Assembly: GCF_019464535.1 (NCBI RefSeq)
Contig: NZ_CP080507.1
Coordinates: 3,900,001 to 3,932,000 of the forward strand
DNA: 32,000 bases
Direction: 5' to 3'
Source: Horticoccus luteus
GTDB taxonomy: Bacteria; Verrucomicrobiota; Verrucomicrobiia; Opitutales; Opitutaceae
Positions within the stretch are counted from its first letter, which is position 1. Each line of letters starts with the position of its first letter. The position numbers and the translations under genes were made by a program. The notes under the pieces were generated by a model. It ran no database searches. It saw nothing but the letters and a program-made list of their open reading frames with translations, and was not told the origin of the DNA. Of this stretch, positions 29,620 through 32,000 are shown piece by piece.

Positions 29620-30804
29620 TCATCCGAGCCAGCTCAACGGATACGCCGCGTCGTCCTGCCCGAGGGCTTCTTCGGTGAGCTGCAGCGGAAATTGCGTGTC
29701 GAACATCACCGCCAGTTCCTCCGTGCGCTGCGCGTTCATGCTCGCCAGCGTCGTTCCCGGATGCGGCCCGTGCGGGATGCCTTGGGGGTGCAACGTGAAT
29801 GACCCCGGCTCGATCCCTTTGCGCGACCCGAAGTTTCCCCGCACGTAGAACAAGACTTCGTCCGCCTCGCTGTTGTCGTGCGCCCACGGCACTCGCACCG
29901 CTTCCGGATGATGATCGAGCCAGCGCGGTGCGAAGGTGCAGACCACATAGCCTTTGATTTCAAACGTCTGATGAATCGGCGGCGGCAGATGCACGGTGCC
30001 CGTGATGGGCTCAAAATCATTCGCATTAAACGTAAACGGATACACGCCGCCATCCCACCCGACCACGTCGAACGGATGACTCGCCAGCACCACGCGCGTG
30101 AGCCGCGCCCGATCCTTGAGCAACACCGCAAAGTCGCCTTCCTCGTCGCGCACCGCGAGCTCCGTCGGGCCATGAAAATCCCTTTCGCTGTAAGGCGCGC
30201 CGAGCCGGATCTGCCCCTCCGGATGCAGATAGCGCGCCGGGATGCGCACGGGGTGCGCCGACTCCAAAATCAAATAGTCCTCATGCGTCACGTCATCCGG
30301 CACGAGGCGATAAATCGCACCGCGCGGAATCACCATGTAATCGTCCTGCCGGTAGCGCAGACGTCCGAAATTGCTCTCCAACCATCCGCCGCCGCGCCAC
30401 ACGAAGATGATGTCGTCGCTCTGCCCGTTGCGGTAGAACTCGTAACCCTCCGCCATCGCCGTCGCCGGCCGGCAACGATGACACGTGATGTCGGCGTTGA
30501 AAAAAATCGGCACGCGTCCCGTGTAAGGATCGCCCCGCCGCGGCAGGTCGGCCGTCTTTATATGATGGTGCCGGAGCGGTGCCGGCCCCGCCGCCCGCGG
30601 CGCCATCTCGCGCAGCAGCTCCACGCTCTTCACCCGTGTCGGCGGTTTGCGGTGATAGAGAATCGAGTAAGCCCGGTCGAAACCCTCCGTCGTGACGATG
30701 TGCTCGTAGTGCAGCCCTTCGCCTTTGAAGCTCTCGCCCGCCGCGCGCGGAAAGCGAATGTGGTGCTTCCGCGGGATCTCTCCCAGTTTTACATAGTGCG
30801 GCAT
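29620..30804 (-). CDS. hmgA: Homogentisate 1,2-dioxygenase
   Basis: The start is set at ATG 30802..30804 (MPHYVKLGEIPRKHHIRF...), giving 394 aa. The track extension to 31041 overlaps hppD and is Arg-rich. The body has cupin-like strings (FYRNGQSDDIIFVWRGGG, HLPPPIHQTFE, FAPRWLDHHPEAVRVPWAHDN, FTLHPQGIPHGPHPG) typical of the short bacterial HGD family. Confidence 0.85.
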   Translation of the reverse strand: MPHYVKLGEIPRKHHIRFPRAAGESFKGEGLHYEHIVTTEGFDRAYSILYHRKPPTRVKSVELLREMAPRAAGPAPLRHHHIKTADLPRRGDPYTGRVPIFFNADITCHRCRPATAMAEGYEFYRNGQSDDIIFVWRGGGWLESNFGRLRYRQDDYMVIPRGAIYRLVPDDVTHEDYLILESAHPVRIPARYLHPEGQIRLGAPYSERDFHGPTELAVRDEEGDFAVLLKDRARLTRVVLASHPFDVVGWDGGVYPFTFNANDFEPITGTVHLPPPIHQTFEIKGYVVCTFAPRWLDHHPEAVRVPWAHDNSEADEVLFYVRGNFGSRKGIEPGSFTLHPQGIPHGPHPGTTLASMNAQRTEELAVMFDTQFPLQLTEEALGQDDAAYPLSWLG

Positions 30805-30905
30805 GGCGTGGTGTCGGTTGGCTAGGTTCCGGTTGTTCGGCGCGTGCTCGGTCGGAGCGCCATGTTCTCTGTCTGGTAAGCGATCGCGGTGCGCATCCTG
30901 CGTCC

Positions 30906-32000
30906 TCAGAGCGCTCCCCGTTTCGCCTGCTCGCGCTCGATCGCCTCGAACAGCGCGCGGAAATTTCCTTCGCCAAAACCCAGCGCCCGCCCCCGCCGCT
31001 GGATCACTTCGAAGAACAACGTCGGCCGCGCGAAGACGCACTTCGTGAACAACTGCAGCAGGTAGCCTTCGTGGTCGCGATCCACCAGAATCTTCAGCCG
31101 CTTCAACTCCTCCTTGTCCTCCTCGATTGTCCCGATCCGTTCGTCAAACGCCGCGTCGTAATAGCTCTCCGGCACGTCGAGAAAATCCTGCCCCATCCGT
31201 CGCATCTCCGCCACCGTCGCCACGATGTTCGGCGTCAGCAGCGCGATGTGCTGCACGCCCGGCCCGTTGTATTTGTCCAGAAACTCCTGGATCTGCGAAT
31301 TCTGCGACGACGGTTCGTTGATCGGCAATTTCACCCACCCGTCCGTCGAGCTCACCACTTTCGACATCAGCGCGCTGCGCCCGGTATTGATGTCGAAGTG
31401 CATGAACAAATCGAACCCGAAGATCTTTTCATAAAACTCCACCCACTCCTCCATGTGCTCCACGTTGGCGACCACGTGGTCGATCATCGCGAAGTGAATA
31501 TCGCCGTCCTCGAAGCCACCCGGCACAGGCCGGTAGCCGGGCGCGAAGTCCGTGTGCGGCTTGCGCTCGATGAAGGTGTGCAACGTGTCCCCATAGGCCG
31601 CGATCGATCCACCGTTGAACGAGTCATGTTCGTCCAGCGGCCGCACCACCTTCGCCCCGCGGCGCGCCGCTTCCGCCAGCGCCGCCCGCGCATCCTTCAC
31701 GCGGAACGCCACGTCGCGCACGCCGTTCCCATGCTCCGCCAGATGCCAGCGCATGAAGTCCGCTTCCGGCCCCGTGCCCTGCGGTTCCGCCAAGAGGAAA
31801 TTGATGCGTCCCTGGCCCACCACGTGCGCCCGCCGGCCCGCCACCCCGCTCGCGGCATCCGCATAAAACCGCCGCGCCATCCCGTATTTGTTGACGAAGA
31901 AATCCGCCCACTGGTCCGCGTCATCGACGATGAACTCGATATGATCAATGCCTTTCAGGCCCAGCGGATTTGAACCGGTTTTGCGTTCGAGCGCGGATTC
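30906..32000 (-). CDS. hppD: 4-hydroxyphenylpyruvate dioxygenase; partial, N-terminus lies beyond the window end
   Basis: The track starts the ORF at 31880, but the frame stays open to base 32000. Manual translation of that stretch gives ESALERKTGSNPLGLKGIDHIEFIVDDADQWADFFVNKYGMARRFY. The typical vicinal-oxygen-chelate HPPD strings are present: GIDHIEF, GVRDVAFRV, IDHVVANV, GPGVQHIALLT, LLQLFT, FFEVIQRRG, FGEGNFRALFEAIEREQ. Confidence 0.9.
   Translation of the reverse strand, partial: ESALERKTGSNPLGLKGIDHIEFIVDDADQWADFFVNKYGMARRFYADAASGVAGRRAHVVGQGRINFLLAEPQGTGPEADFMRWHLAEHGNGVRDVAFRVKDARAALAEAARRGAKVVRPLDEHDSFNGGSIAAYGDTLHTFIERKPHTDFAPGYRPVPGGFEDGDIHFAMIDHVVANVEHMEEWVEFYEKIFGFDLFMHFDINTGRSALMSKVVSSTDGWVKLPINEPSSQNSQIQEFLDKYNGPGVQHIALLTPNIVATVAEMRRMGQDFLDVPESYYDAAFDERIGTIEEDKEELKRLKILVDRDHEGYLLQLFTKCVFARPTLFFEVIQRRGRALGFGEGNFRALFEAIEREQAKRGAL

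Noticed and set aside
26810-29848. 1012-aa plus-strand ORF spanning three minus-strand genes and their intergenic regions
   Set aside because: Its composition is dominated by Arg/Pro/His runs (RRRRP, HRHRQPP) with no recognisable domain. It lies antisense to well-supported genes (glycosidase-like, flavin reductase, hmgA). This is the typical stop-codon-poor antisense frame of GC-rich DNA.

Overview
GC-rich bacterial chromosomal window with 18 protein-coding genes (15 on the minus strand) and one tRNA-Leu(UAA). I saw no CRISPR array, rRNA, transposase, integrase or phage gene. The gene content suggests a Verrucomicrobiota/Opitutae-like Gram-negative host (inference only): a giant PEP-CTERM-anchored PATR-repeat protein, an orphan prepilin-type protein, a CarbopepD_reg-type TonB receptor and a DUF481 outer-membrane protein. 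Layout: (1) 1..2946, a TonB-dependent receptor that runs off the window edge and is absent from the ORF track. (2) 3157..13682, a surface-protein block: a membrane-anchored protein with an NlpC/P60-like Cys-His signature, a 1953-aa PEP-CTERM beta-helix protein, and a divergent 953-aa Ig-repeat/Cna-B/Cys-rich secreted protein. (3) 13839..20551, a tightly coupled envelope-glycosylation module with an orphan pseudopilin just upstream; it holds two paralogous GT-C enzymes, a methyltransferase-GT2 fusion and a Cys-cluster/helical-repeat membrane protein. (4) Housekeeping genes: DUF481 OMP, rsfS, nadD, tRNA-Leu. (5) A PAS histidine kinase plus receiver, downstream of a secreted discoidin/DUF4091 glycosidase-like protein. 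(6) Flavin reductase, hmgA and hppD (tyrosine catabolism; hppD runs off the window end). The best candidate for an undescribed system is block 3, which I read as a split PMT/TMTC-like periplasmic glycosylation system sitting next to plausible Thr/Ser-rich acceptor proteins. Most long plus-strand ORFs in the track are antisense artefacts of high GC. Functional calls rest on motif recognition by eye; no database search was run.
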